64,000 nt of DNA. It comes from Bacilli bacterium (lineage in GTDB: Bacteria; Bacillota_I; Bacilli_A; RFN20; CAG-826). The translations under genes were made by a program, and so were the position numbers. Below, in pieces: positions 29,079 to 39,298 of this stretch; within the stretch, counting starts at the first letter, position 1; each line of letters starts with the position of its first letter. Location: positions 5,863 to 69,862 of the forward strand of contig JAKSUW010000004.1 of the NCBI GenBank assembly GCA_024408565.1, written 5' to 3'. The notes under the pieces are model-generated. The model searched no databases. It had not been told where the DNA came from and worked only from the letters and a program-made list of their open reading frames with translations.

Positions 29079-30575
29079 ATGAAAAATAGAAAATACTTAT
29101 TTGCATTACCAATCTTTGCTTTAGCAGGTGCGGGTACATTAATCGGATGTGGCGGAAATAAACCTTCATCTACTCTTTTATTAAATGCTCAAGGCGAAGT
29201 CGATGATGAATCATTAGGTTTATCAATTGAATTAGAAAATGAAAAAGTTTTTGCCGGACAAGCTTATGAAACAAAAATAACTTTGATTGAAAAAAGCGGA
29301 ACAGATGCCGGGGATTGGTATGAGTTGCCAAGTAATTCTAAACAATTAGAAGTTTCTTATGGTGGTACTGGTGCCGGTGCTTCCTGGACGACATTAACTG
29401 AAGAACAATACACATATGAGGTTGATAAATTAGATCATAGAACGGCTAATTTTACCATACCAAAAAAAGTTATTGATGAAATTGCTAAATCGAAAACTAG
29501 TAAAGATACAGACTTATGGTTAACGTTTGAAGGTGAACTTCCAAAATTTGAATACGGAGTTGTGATTGAGGGAATCGCTCCTGATGATCGTGAAGATTAT
29601 GAAATTGATTTAAGTAAACACGGCGTAACACCTGGTGGTACAGTGGCCTTTAACAGTGACCTGATTTTTAAACCATTGAAAGTGCACACTCCTGAGAAAA
29701 TTTTGGAATTGCCTACAAGCGAAACTGATTTTGAAGTTTCTGTAAACGGAAAAACCGACAAAGAAACATATAAGGTTGTTGATTGGAACATATCAACTGA
29801 TGATATTGATAAAGGATCCATCACTCTTAGTCAAGCGTGTTCCACAGGAAATATTGTAATAAAAGCGAATTTGCATGAATCTGATCCGTTGTTGACCTTC
29901 AATGCAGGGGCGCCTGGATTTTCTGGTGAAATTGAGCTTGCCACTGATCAAGTTAGAAAGGGTGATAGTTATACTACTGATGTAGTTTTAAAACAAGCAG
30001 AAGGTGAAGACGTGCTTGAATTACCAGCAAAAAACACTGAAATTGTTGTTACTTATGTTGCTGACGATAGCAATGATCCTACTCCCATCACTGATTATGT
30101 ATACGAGCGAGATGCTGTCGATCACACTCATGCAAGATTTTCTATTAACGCAAGCGTTCTTAAGGATCTTGAAAAAGGGACGGTTTCAATCAAATTTCCT
30201 GAATTAAAACCACTCCAATTCACAGTGAGTGTTGATATACAAGAAAAAGACGACAAAATGTTTTACGAAGTAGTGTCTACTGCACTAACTGCTCCTGCTA
30301 AAAAAGATTTTGAGACATACGTTGAGTTGAAAACAATAGAAGAACCAAAATTCGCGAAAACTTTGCCTGAAAATTATTATCAAAATAAGGATAAAATAAA
30401 ATTTTATGTTAATGACCAAGAAATAAAATCTTTTACCAAAGAAGAGGAAAAAGACATTTGGATGCGTATTACACCGCTACCTGGCACTGTGGCAACTGCA
30501 GATTGCAAAATTCCTGCACAATACATAACCGGTAACATAAAAATAGTTGTTTCGCTTGTTTCTGCCGAAAAGTAA
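29079..30575 (+). CDS. Hypothetical lipoprotein with an internally duplicated domain
   Basis: Lipobox LIGCGG. The segments YTYEVDKLDHRTANFTIPKKVIDEI and YVYERDAVDHTHARFSINASVLKDL form tandem repeats of about 150 aa. Confidence 0.55.
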   Translation: MKNRKYLFALPIFALAGAGTLIGCGGNKPSSTLLLNAQGEVDDESLGLSIELENEKVFAGQAYETKITLIEKSGTDAGDWYELPSNSKQLEVSYGGTGAGASWTTLTEEQYTYEVDKLDHRTANFTIPKKVIDEIAKSKTSKDTDLWLTFEGELPKFEYGVVIEGIAPDDREDYEIDLSKHGVTPGGTVAFNSDLIFKPLKVHTPEKILELPTSETDFEVSVNGKTDKETYKVVDWNISTDDIDKGSITLSQACSTGNIVIKANLHESDPLLTFNAGAPGFSGEIELATDQVRKGDSYTTDVVLKQAEGEDVLELPAKNTEIVVTYVADDSNDPTPITDYVYERDAVDHTHARFSINASVLKDLEKGTVSIKFPELKPLQFTVSVDIQEKDDKMFYEVVSTALTAPAKKDFETYVELKTIEEPKFAKTLPENYYQNKDKIKFYVNDQEIKSFTKEEEKDIWMRITPLPGTVATADCKIPAQYITGNIKIVVSLVSAEK

Positions 30576-30595
30576 TAGACTATTAATTATAATAA

Positions 30596-30623
30596 ACACC
30601 CCATTCACGTGGGGTGTTTTTTA
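30596..30623 (+). terminator. Rho-independent terminator
   Basis: ACACCCC-attcacgt-GGGGTGT hairpin followed by TTTTTT. Confidence 0.7.
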
Positions 30624-30642
30624 TGTAGTATAATATTAAAGT

Positions 30643-31026
30643 ATGCCAAACTATGAACTGAATGTAACTGTTATTAAAATCTTAGAAACAGTTTATGAAT
30701 TAAATGAAAAGAATTATTATCCTAATGCTCATGGAGTGTTAAAGATAGTTAATGGAACTATTGATGAAGAAACTGCGCCTTTTATGAAATTAAAAACCTT
30801 CTCGACTTTAACTAGTGTTAAAGGTCGTCAATTAGCGAGTGATATTCATCAACTTGTACGATATGGTTATTTATCTTATCAACATAATAAGAGTGATGAC
30901 CAAATGTATTTAAGAATTACCTTTAAGGGTGAAAGCAATCTTGAAGATTATTTAAAACACCACCGGGTGAGCTTTAAAAAAGCGAATAAAAAGAAAGCCG
31001 AAAAAACCATTGCTTTAATTAAATAA
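30643..31026 (+). CDS. Hypothetical protein upstream of recG
   Basis: 127-aa soluble protein with no recognisable motif. It is co-directional with recG. Confidence 0.35.
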   Translation: MPNYELNVTVIKILETVYELNEKNYYPNAHGVLKIVNGTIDEETAPFMKLKTFSTLTSVKGRQLASDIHQLVRYGYLSYQHNKSDDQMYLRITFKGESNLEDYLKHHRVSFKKANKKKAEKTIALIK

Positions 31027-31054
31027 TTAATTTCGTTCCCCCGAAGTAAATTAT

Positions 31055-33085
31055 TTGTTTCATAATATTATTATGGAGCTCAGCAAAAGCCAAACGATTA
31101 ATCGCGCTTTAGCGCATTACGGGATTAGAACTTATCTGGATGTTTTAGAACACACTCCTCGTACCTATGAAGATATGAATCCAACGGAAAACGAAGTGAT
31201 GATATTAGATAAGTCACGTGTCGTTTTTTATGGTTATATTACGCGTTTCCCAACCTTATCACACTTCGCTCGTGTTTCATTAGTGAGATTTGGTTTTCGG
31301 ACCTTAGCGGGTAATGAATTTAATATTGAAGCGTATAATCGTCCTTATTTAGTAAAGATCCTTAATAGTGGAGTTAAATATGTTTTAGTGGGTGTCTTTG
31401 ATCAAAAGAAGCATAAAGTTAACTTAGTTAATATCTCTAAATATAACGCAGTTAGTCATACCGAAGCTAAACCCGTCTATTCTTTACCAAGTGAAGTTGA
31501 CCAATTAACGTATCGACGACTCGTTGACCGGGCATTTAGTTATTATCGTGAGAATAACTACGAGATTAAAGATGTCGTTCCCGCATATTTCATGAAGAAG
31601 TATCGTTTACTTCCTCGGAAGGAAGCGTTAGAACTTCTTCATCATCCCAAAGACTTTAAAGATGTTCATGCGGGTTTACGTGTGCTTAAATACGAAGAGT
31701 GTTTAAAGTTTACTTTAAAGACGGAACTTATCCGCGAAGAAAATAAAAAGTTAGAAAAGAATAAGAAACAACACATTAACACGAAACTTGTGGATGAATT
31801 TATTAAGACATTACCTTATAAATTAACTAAGTCACAAGATGAAGCCTTAATTGAAATCTTATTTGATATGAATAAGACAAGTCTTATGTATCGTCTATTA
31901 CAAGGGGATGTTGGTAGTGGTAAGACGTTAGTGGCCGCGCTTGCCTTATATGGTAATTATCTTAGAAACGATCAAGGTGCCTTAATGGCCCCAACCGACG
32001 CTTTAGCTAGACAACACTATGTGACTCTATGTAATTTATTTAAAGATACCAAGATGAAGATTGCCTTGTTAGTGGGGCAAACCCCATATAAAGAGAAGAA
32101 GGCGATTGAACTCGGTTTAATTAATCATGAGATTGATATTGTGGTGGGGACCCACGCCTTATTTTCAAAAAGTGTTGAATATTCTTCTTTAGGTTTAGCG
32201 GTCATTGATGAACAACATCGCTTTGGGGTTAACCAAAGGTTACTTTTAGCCTCGAAGGGTTCACACGCGGATTTACTCTTGATGAGTGCGACGCCAATTC
32301 CTCGTACTCTCGCGTTAACCATTTACGGTGACTTAGATGTATCAACTCTCAAAGAGTTTCCGTTTGATAATAAACAAGTGAACACCCTTATTACAAGTAG
32401 TAACGATCAGAAGATTGATGAATTAATTAACGATTCACTCGCACATCATCAACAAGTCTATATTATTGCGCCTTTAATCATGGATGATTTAACCGCGGAT
32501 AAAGTAACAGTAGAGACGCTCTTCGCCCGTTACTTACTTAAATATCCAGGTAAAGTAGCTTTGTTACACGGTAAGCTTAGCCAAGAAGAGAAGCTCTACG
32601 CATTAGAGAGTTTTAAAAAGAATCAATATCCAATTATTATTTCCACTACGGTGATTGAAGTAGGGCTCGATGTTAAAACCGCGAATTTAATGATTATCTA
32701 TGATGCGAGTAGTTTTGGTTTAGCGAGTCTTCATCAATTACGCGGTCGGATTGGGCGTGATGGCAAAAAAGCAAATTGTGTCCTCATCTATGATGGTAGT
32801 GAAGAAAGTGAACGCGATAAGCTTGAAGTCTTGGTTCGTTCAAATGACGGCTTTTATATCGCTAACGAAGACTTAAAGCGTAGAGGACCCGGTGAGTTAG
32901 GCGGATACCGGCAATCAGGATTACCATCTTTTAACTTTGTTAATCTTATCGATGACTTTAAGATGTTTACCTGCGCTAGAGAAGATAGCAAGTTTATTTT
33001 ACTTCATCGTTTAGAACCTGGTTTCCGTCGTTTACTTAAAGAAGCAAACGAAGAGATTAATAACGATAAATTCACCAATGTTTAA
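31055..33085 (+). CDS. recG: ATP-dependent DNA helicase RecG
   Basis: Walker A GDVGSGKT, DEQHRFG (DExH) and the helicase C-terminal domain QLRGRIGR. An alternative start is MELSK at 31073. Confidence 0.85.
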   Translation: MFHNIIMELSKSQTINRALAHYGIRTYLDVLEHTPRTYEDMNPTENEVMILDKSRVVFYGYITRFPTLSHFARVSLVRFGFRTLAGNEFNIEAYNRPYLVKILNSGVKYVLVGVFDQKKHKVNLVNISKYNAVSHTEAKPVYSLPSEVDQLTYRRLVDRAFSYYRENNYEIKDVVPAYFMKKYRLLPRKEALELLHHPKDFKDVHAGLRVLKYEECLKFTLKTELIREENKKLEKNKKQHINTKLVDEFIKTLPYKLTKSQDEALIEILFDMNKTSLMYRLLQGDVGSGKTLVAALALYGNYLRNDQGALMAPTDALARQHYVTLCNLFKDTKMKIALLVGQTPYKEKKAIELGLINHEIDIVVGTHALFSKSVEYSSLGLAVIDEQHRFGVNQRLLLASKGSHADLLLMSATPIPRTLALTIYGDLDVSTLKEFPFDNKQVNTLITSSNDQKIDELINDSLAHHQQVYIIAPLIMDDLTADKVTVETLFARYLLKYPGKVALLHGKLSQEEKLYALESFKKNQYPIIISTTVIEVGLDVKTANLMIIYDASSFGLASLHQLRGRIGRDGKKANCVLIYDGSEESERDKLEVLVRSNDGFYIANEDLKRRGPGELGGYRQSGLPSFNFVNLIDDFKMFTCAREDSKFILLHRLEPGFRRLLKEANEEINNDKFTNV

Positions 33086-33130
33086 ATATGTGGTTATACC
33101 ACATGTAAATAGGTGTGGTAAAATGTATCT

Positions 33131-35935
33131 ATGAAAAAGACAATATTAATTACACCAATAATGCTTACGCTTTTTTTGGTAAGTTGTAATGGCGGTGGCG
33201 ATGTTCCTCCATCCGTAATAGAACACTTTGTTACATTTGAATGTAATGGTGGCACGCCGCATATTGATACGCAACGAGTAAAAGATGGTGAGAAAGCAGT
33301 TAAACCCGATGATCCACGTGCGGATTTTGGTACCTTTATTGATTGGTGTAGTGATGAAACGTGCCTAAACCATTATGATTTTAATACTCCTGTAACTTCT
33401 GATTTGACGTTATACGCCCATTACGATAAAACAGTTGATTTTGCCTTTATTGGTGAACATTGTACGATTAATGGTAAATCTGAATTTGTTGAAACCCATA
33501 ATTATAACGAATTTGTTACCTACGAGATTGATGCCGAAAGCGCGGCTTATTCAATTGAAGATCATATTGATTTCGCCATTAATGGCGTTCCGTCAGATGA
33601 TTATACTTATAATCCAGATACTCATATATTTACTGCCACTTGTAAAGGCGACGCTAGTTTAACCATCGCTTCCAAAAAGATGCCCGCCATGTACGTTTCA
33701 CTTGTTACAGAAGAAAATATAACGCCTGATCCTGATTATGTTGTTAAATTTGATTGCACTACCGAAGATGATGGTCCGTTCATTGTCGACTGGGGTGATG
33801 GGACAATTGATTCAAAATGTATCCATCCCTATCTTGCCACAACTAAAAATCCTAAAATCATTATTTATGGTAATCTTAGCGAAATTTCGTTTTCTGATAT
33901 AGACGGACCCTATGCACTGGGTAATCAATATATTACACAGATTACTTTTCCCGAGTGTCTTGATAGTCTCCCTGATTACGCTTTAAATGGTATTAGTCAA
34001 CTTAATAATTTTCATTTGCCATCCAAAATGACGAGCATCGGTAGTTATGCTTTTAGCGGTTGTACCAACTTAAGGGATTGCGTCTTACCAACGCTAGAAA
34101 GTAAAACCATTGAAGAGGGCACTTTTGCCGGTTGTTCAAAATTAGAAACAGCGTTAATTCAAAACGGAATCACCACCATTGGCGAAAAGGCTTTTATTAA
34201 CTGCGGAAACTTAGGTGAGTTAGTTTTACGGAAAGATGTTATATTAGCTAAGAATGATGCTTTCAAAAATTGCACTCTATTGCGGTTATATTGTTTTAAT
34301 ACGGAAAGCGAAATCACTCTTGAAAATATCGGGGATGCTGGGGTTGCCGAAATTATATATGGTTGTGCTAGTAAAAATATAGATACGACGGGACAATATT
34401 CTTGCTTAGTTAAAAAGAACGCTTTACAACAAGAGGAAATCACCATTTTAGAATGTTTAAAATTGAATGATACTTCTGGTAAAGTAGTAATTCCAAAGGA
34501 ATTAACAATAAACATTAAAAATAAAGAAGAAGTGTTGCCAGTTATCTCGATTGGTTATCAAGCTTTTTCAGGCAAGAATGTTCGTGGTTTAGTTACGGAA
34601 GTTGACTTTAAAGAGAATCCCAAAATTTCACTTGATGCGGAGGCTTTCCGTGGTTGTAGTAATTTAAAAACTTTAACCTTTGAACCTAGTTATGCGAATA
34701 GATTTGACGGTGAACATAATTTATATGGTTTAAAATTCGGTGATCACGCTTTTATGAATTGCTACGCTTTAGCGGGTGATATACCAGTTACCTTATACTA
34801 CGACACAATCGCATCGATGGGGAGCGATGTTTTTAAGATGGATAACGAAACGAAATGCCAAGTGTGGTGCGAAGAAGAAACTAAGGCTGAGGAATGGCAG
34901 GATGATTGGAATGCTTCTGGCATTACCAAGTATGGGCTTTGTTATACCGGTAACGACGTGGATAATAAATACAAAATTAATTTGTATCACGATAATCAAA
35001 AGACATCTGATAATGGAAAGGATGAATTTTATATCGGTATCGCTAGCAAAATTGATCCAAAAGTGACTGAGTGGGAGGTTGAATCGGAATTAAAGATTAG
35101 CGATTATGGGCGTGCTCCTAATTCCGTTGAAGTAAGAGTCATCGAATCATTGTGTATGCAAGGGAACAATGATATTCAAAAGGTGGATGCACCTAGTGTT
35201 ACAATAATCAAAGAAAAAGCGTTTGATAATTGCTCAAACTTAAAGTCGTTTGCGTTTTCCAAAACAATTGAAGAAATAGGCGCAGATGCGCTTGCGCATA
35301 CCGCATTAACGGATATAACACTCGACAAAGAGAATGCAAAAATTACTGTTTTTCATCCTATTGGCGGTGGTGGGGTTAAAAATCAAACCATAGAAAAAAT
35401 AACTCTTCCAAATGGTTTAAAATCAATCGACAATAACGCCTTTTCCTGGTTCCAAGCTTTGAAAACAATTGATTATGATGCGGAAAAATGCCAGTTAGAA
35501 TACATTGGCAAAAACGCCTTTACCGAAACAGTCATCGCTATCGATAATTTGCGTTTAAAACAATTAAAATATGTAGATACAAACGCTTTTGATACTCTTA
35601 TAACAGGTCGCCCATCAATTAAATCGATAACTTTCCCTAGTATTATTACATGTGGTAATAACGCGTTTAGTGGAGCCGGGCTTGAATCGGTAACTCTCGG
35701 CGCAGATTTAGCCACTCTTGGTTACAGGGTGTTCTGGAATAATCCAAATCTTAAAGTATTTGATTTAAGTCTAGTAGAAGATATTCCAGATTTCGTTGAC
35801 ACGCTCGGGATAGAAGGGGAATGCAAAATTTATGTTCCTGCGGCATTACTCGAAGCATTTAAATCCGATAAGTCCTGGTCACAATATGCGAATCAAATTT
35901 TCCCAGCACCATCGACTCCAAGCGTGAACGCTTAA
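33131..35935 (+). CDS. Large surface lipoprotein with a Listeria-Bacteroides-type repeat and BspA-type leucine-rich repeats
   Basis: Lipobox LVSCNGG. The N-terminal block FVTFECNGGT...TLYAHY resembles a Flg_new repeat. There are more than 8 BspA-type LRR units of the form I(G)xxAFxxCxxL, for example IGSYAFSGCTNL, IGEKAFINCGNL, DAEAFRGCSNLKTL and IKEKAFDNCSNLKS. Confidence 0.7.
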   Translation: MKKTILITPIMLTLFLVSCNGGGDVPPSVIEHFVTFECNGGTPHIDTQRVKDGEKAVKPDDPRADFGTFIDWCSDETCLNHYDFNTPVTSDLTLYAHYDKTVDFAFIGEHCTINGKSEFVETHNYNEFVTYEIDAESAAYSIEDHIDFAINGVPSDDYTYNPDTHIFTATCKGDASLTIASKKMPAMYVSLVTEENITPDPDYVVKFDCTTEDDGPFIVDWGDGTIDSKCIHPYLATTKNPKIIIYGNLSEISFSDIDGPYALGNQYITQITFPECLDSLPDYALNGISQLNNFHLPSKMTSIGSYAFSGCTNLRDCVLPTLESKTIEEGTFAGCSKLETALIQNGITTIGEKAFINCGNLGELVLRKDVILAKNDAFKNCTLLRLYCFNTESEITLENIGDAGVAEIIYGCASKNIDTTGQYSCLVKKNALQQEEITILECLKLNDTSGKVVIPKELTINIKNKEEVLPVISIGYQAFSGKNVRGLVTEVDFKENPKISLDAEAFRGCSNLKTLTFEPSYANRFDGEHNLYGLKFGDHAFMNCYALAGDIPVTLYYDTIASMGSDVFKMDNETKCQVWCEEETKAEEWQDDWNASGITKYGLCYTGNDVDNKYKINLYHDNQKTSDNGKDEFYIGIASKIDPKVTEWEVESELKISDYGRAPNSVEVRVIESLCMQGNNDIQKVDAPSVTIIKEKAFDNCSNLKSFAFSKTIEEIGADALAHTALTDITLDKENAKITVFHPIGGGGVKNQTIEKITLPNGLKSIDNNAFSWFQALKTIDYDAEKCQLEYIGKNAFTETVIAIDNLRLKQLKYVDTNAFDTLITGRPSIKSITFPSIITCGNNAFSGAGLESVTLGADLATLGYRVFWNNPNLKVFDLSLVEDIPDFVDTLGIEGECKIYVPAALLEAFKSDKSWSQYANQIFPAPSTPSVNA

Positions 35936-35996
35936 CTAATTACTTAACGGAAAAGTCGTCTTTCTCTCTTTTTAGTTATTGTATAATAATGGTTGT

Positions 35997-36974
35997 ATGA
36001 AAATTGTCGTTGATTTATTAGGTGGCGACTTAGGGGTTGCTGCCACTTACGAAGGATTAAACGCTTTTTTAAAAGCGCATTCCGATGTTAATGTCATTGC
36101 GGTTGGTCCCAAAAACATCTTAGCCCCGTTAGAAAGTAAGAACGTGAAGATTATTGACGCCAATCAAGTGATGCCAATGGACGCGCACGCGTTAGATATC
36201 TTACACGATCAAGATTCAAGTATGGCGAAAGCCGTCAATATGTTAGTGAGTGATGAAGCGGACGCGATTGTGTCTTGTGGTAGTACGGGTGCTTTACTCA
36301 CTTTAGCGAGTATCCGCGTGAAGAAACTTAACGGGATTCTTCGTCCCGCTTTAATTTCGCCAATTCCTACCTTAAAACCCGAAAAGAAAACTTTATTACT
36401 AGATTTAGGTGCCAGTAACGAAAATAGTGTTGATGAATTAATTTCCTTTATTAAGATGGCGGTCATATATTATGAAGCGGTGTATCATAAGACTCCGAAC
36501 TTCGCGTTACTTAGTAATGGAGTTGAAGAAGGTAAGGGTAGTCCACTTGTTCAAGCAACAAGAGAAAAGATTGTTGAATTAATGCTGCCTCATTTTGCGG
36601 GTTATATTGAAAGTAGCGAAATTCTTCAAGGTAATGTTGATATTATTGTGACTGATGGCTTTACGGGTAATATTGCTTTAAAAGCGCTCGAAGGAACTGG
36701 TAATGTTGTTAAAACATTATTAAGAGAAACCTTTACTAAATCACTCTCTCATAAACTCGCTTATTTACTGGTTAAGCGTGATTTAAAGAAGAAACTTAAT
36801 ATGTTATCCTCTAAACCTTTAGGGGGAGCGATGTTTATTGGCATGAAGAAAGTCGTGGTGAAAGCCCATGGTAATAGTGACGCCATCGCCTTTAAGAATG
36901 CGTTAGAAACCGCTTATATGTGCGTTAAGAACGATTTAGTGAAGAAAATCAAGGAAGGAGTGGGCGATGAGTGA
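35997..36974 (+). CDS. plsX: Phosphate acyltransferase PlsX
   Basis: MKIVVDLLGGDLG N-terminus. An extended -10 TGTATAAT lies at 35983-35990, so the track's earlier start is unlikely. Confidence 0.85.
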   Translation: MKIVVDLLGGDLGVAATYEGLNAFLKAHSDVNVIAVGPKNILAPLESKNVKIIDANQVMPMDAHALDILHDQDSSMAKAVNMLVSDEADAIVSCGSTGALLTLASIRVKKLNGILRPALISPIPTLKPEKKTLLLDLGASNENSVDELISFIKMAVIYYEAVYHKTPNFALLSNGVEEGKGSPLVQATREKIVELMLPHFAGYIESSEILQGNVDIIVTDGFTGNIALKALEGTGNVVKTLLRETFTKSLSHKLAYLLVKRDLKKKLNMLSSKPLGGAMFIGMKKVVVKAHGNSDAIAFKNALETAYMCVKNDLVKKIKEGVGDE

Positions 36975-37656
36975 TAAACGTCTTAAACCGCTTCTTTCGC
37001 GTTTTAAAGTTAAAGCCCATCACTATGAACTTTATCTTGCCGCTTTTACGCATCCTAGTGTTAATCTAGGCGAACATAAGGTTGAAGACTATCAACGGCT
37101 AGAATACGTTGGTGATTCAGTGCTTGGCGCTTCGATTGCGACTTTATCTTATAAACTCCGCAAAGACTTACACGAAGGTGAATTAACCCGCTTAAGAAGT
37201 TCTTTAGTGGACACCAATGGTCTTTCGCGCTTAGCCTATCAATATGAATTCGCTAAATATATTAAAGTGGGGCCATCATTTAAAACTGATTTAAATAAAT
37301 CACCCAAGATTCTTGAAGATGTCTTTGAAGCCTTTATCGGGGCGATTTATTTAGACCGGGGTTTTGATTACACCTTTAAGGTGGTGGAAAGAATCTTTAA
37401 AGATAAGATTATTCACTTTAACTATGAAGCAAGTGTTGACTATAAGACCAAAATCCAAGAATTATGTCAGGCTGATCACCACACCGATTTATCATATCGC
37501 GTGATGAGTAAACATGGACCAGCGAATAACCCAAGCTTTAAAGTTGGCTTATATTACGATGGCGTTTGTTTAGGTTATGGTTTTGGTGGTAGCAAAAAGA
37601 AAGCGGAACAAGCCGCCGCCAAAGCCGCTTTAAATAAATTAGCGAAAGGAAAGTAA
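36967..37656 (+). CDS. rnc: Ribonuclease III
   Basis: ERLEYVGDSVLG RNase III signature and a C-terminal dsRBD. Confidence 0.9.
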   Translation: MSDKRLKPLLSRFKVKAHHYELYLAAFTHPSVNLGEHKVEDYQRLEYVGDSVLGASIATLSYKLRKDLHEGELTRLRSSLVDTNGLSRLAYQYEFAKYIKVGPSFKTDLNKSPKILEDVFEAFIGAIYLDRGFDYTFKVVERIFKDKIIHFNYEASVDYKTKIQELCQADHHTDLSYRVMSKHGPANNPSFKVGLYYDGVCLGYGFGGSKKKAEQAAAKAALNKLAKGK

Positions 37657-37657
37657 T

Positions 37658-38629
37658 ATGGGTTTATTTTCTTTTATTAAAAAGAAATTTTCTCACGAAG
37701 CAAAATCTAGTGATAGTCTTTTAACCTACGATAAAGGTTTAGATAAAGCGAAGAAATCCTTTACCGATAAAATCCAAAAGATTGGTGAAGGGAACGCCCC
37801 AATCCCATCTAACTATTTTGATGAACTCGAAGAGATCCTCATTGAAGCCGATGTGGGAGCGAGTTTAACGATGAAGATTATTAATGAACTCGCCGAACAA
37901 ATTAAAAAAGAAAAAATTATGACGCTTGAGGCGGCCAATGAAGCACTCATTGATACAATGTTTCGTGACTACGCACCAAGTACAAGCGATAACGAAATTA
38001 CCTTTAATCATCATCCTGAAGTCTTGTTAGTAGTGGGAGTAAATGGGGTTGGGAAAACGACGACTATCGCTAAACTCGCTAATCGTTACCTTAAACAAGG
38101 TAAAAGTGTGGTCTTAGGTGCAGCGGATACTTTTCGCGCGGGCGCTGTCGAGCAATTAAAAGAATGGGGTAATCGCTTAAAGATTGATGTTGTGACCGGA
38201 GCAATGAACGCTGATCCAGCGAGTGTTGCTTATAACGCCACTAAGTTAGCGAAAGAAAAGAACGCTGATTTATTAATCATTGATACGGCCGGGCGTTTAC
38301 AAACAAAGATGAACTTAATGAACGAACTTAGTAAAATCGCTCGTGTCATTGCTAAAGATATTCCCGATGCCCCGCATGAGACTTTTTTAATTTTAGATGC
38401 GACAACTGGACAAAACGGTGTGATTCAAGCGAAAGCTTTTAATGAAGCGACGAAAATTTCTGGGGCGGTTATTACCAAAATGGATGGAACATCCAAGGGT
38501 GGTATTTTACTTGCGATTAAGCATGAATTAAATATTCCTGTTCGTTTTATTGGACTAGGTGAAGGGATTGATGATTTAATGCCGTTTGATCTTGAAAAAT
38601 ACCTTCATGGTTTATGTGTTGGTAAATAA
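37658..38629 (+). CDS. ftsY: Signal recognition particle receptor FtsY
   Basis: GVNGVGKTTT and DTAGR SRP-GTPase motifs in the NG domain. Confidence 0.9.
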   Translation: MGLFSFIKKKFSHEAKSSDSLLTYDKGLDKAKKSFTDKIQKIGEGNAPIPSNYFDELEEILIEADVGASLTMKIINELAEQIKKEKIMTLEAANEALIDTMFRDYAPSTSDNEITFNHHPEVLLVVGVNGVGKTTTIAKLANRYLKQGKSVVLGAADTFRAGAVEQLKEWGNRLKIDVVTGAMNADPASVAYNATKLAKEKNADLLIIDTAGRLQTKMNLMNELSKIARVIAKDIPDAPHETFLILDATTGQNGVIQAKAFNEATKISGAVITKMDGTSKGGILLAIKHELNIPVRFIGLGEGIDDLMPFDLEKYLHGLCVGK

Positions 38630-38640
38630 CTACCATTGTA

Positions 38641-38669
38641 TTGACATACACTATACATTGTCATATACT
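38641..38669 (+). promoter_or_regulatory. Near-consensus sigma-70 promoter for the dinJ-like gene
   Basis: TTGACA at 38641-38646, a 17-nt spacer, then TATACT at 38664-38669. An AGGAGA RBS lies before the ATG at 38692. Confidence 0.6.
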
Positions 38670-38691
38670 ATCCTTAGCAGAGGAGAATATT

Positions 38692-38988
38692 ATGGCAATT
38701 ATTCAAATTCGTATCGAAGATAGTTTGAAAGATCAGGCGGTGGCTATTTATGATGGTCTTGGTCTTGATTTATCAACCGCGGTAAGAATGTTTATGAAAC
38801 AATCGGTGATCCAAAAAGGTTTACCTTTTTCTGTTAAACTAAAACCTGACGGACAAAACGCGATGGAACGAATTATCAAGGAGTGCCAAAATATTTCTAA
38901 GCAAAACGGTAACGATAAAATGACGATGGATGACATTAACGCTTTTATTGCGAAGTGTCATAAGGAAAAGAAAAACGGTAAGAAGTAA
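38692..38988 (+). CDS. RelB/DinJ-family ribbon-helix-helix antitoxin-like protein (orphan)
   Basis: MAIIQIRIEDSLKDQAVAIYDGLGLDLSTAVRMFMKQSVIQKGLPF closely matches the DinJ N-terminal RHH region. No RelE/YafQ-like partner is adjacent. The start is taken at 38692; the track's upstream extension is unlikely. Confidence 0.6.
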   Translation: MAIIQIRIEDSLKDQAVAIYDGLGLDLSTAVRMFMKQSVIQKGLPFSVKLKPDGQNAMERIIKECQNISKQNGNDKMTMDDINAFIAKCHKEKKNGKK

Positions 38989-38990
38989 TT

Positions 38991-39284
38991 ATGAACGCTA
39001 GTGAAAAACAACAACACGCAATTCTTTTACTTGAAACCTATGGTTCGCTTTTAACTAATAAACAATTAGCGATTATGAACGATAAATATAAATATGATTT
39101 ATCGCTCCAAGAAATCGCCGTAAGACATAAGATTACCCGTTCTGGTGCGCTTGATGCGATTAAACTCGCCACGAAGAACCTTGAACACTACGAAACGAAA
39201 TTACATTTAATTAAGAAAAAAACGATGGTGCTAAAGTTAATTAAAGATCCGAAAGTAAAAAGTAAAATCAAAGAGATTTTATAA
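38991..39284 (+). CDS. ylxM: YlxM/UPF0122 helix-turn-helix protein (ffh operon leader gene)
   Basis: 97-aa protein with LLTNKQLAIMNDKYKYDLSLQEIA in a sigma-70 region-4-like HTH. It sits immediately upstream of ffh, as in Bacillota. Confidence 0.7.
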   Translation: MNASEKQQHAILLLETYGSLLTNKQLAIMNDKYKYDLSLQEIAVRHKITRSGALDAIKLATKNLEHYETKLHLIKKKTMVLKLIKDPKVKSKIKEIL

Positions 39285-39298
39285 GGTATAATCTTGCT

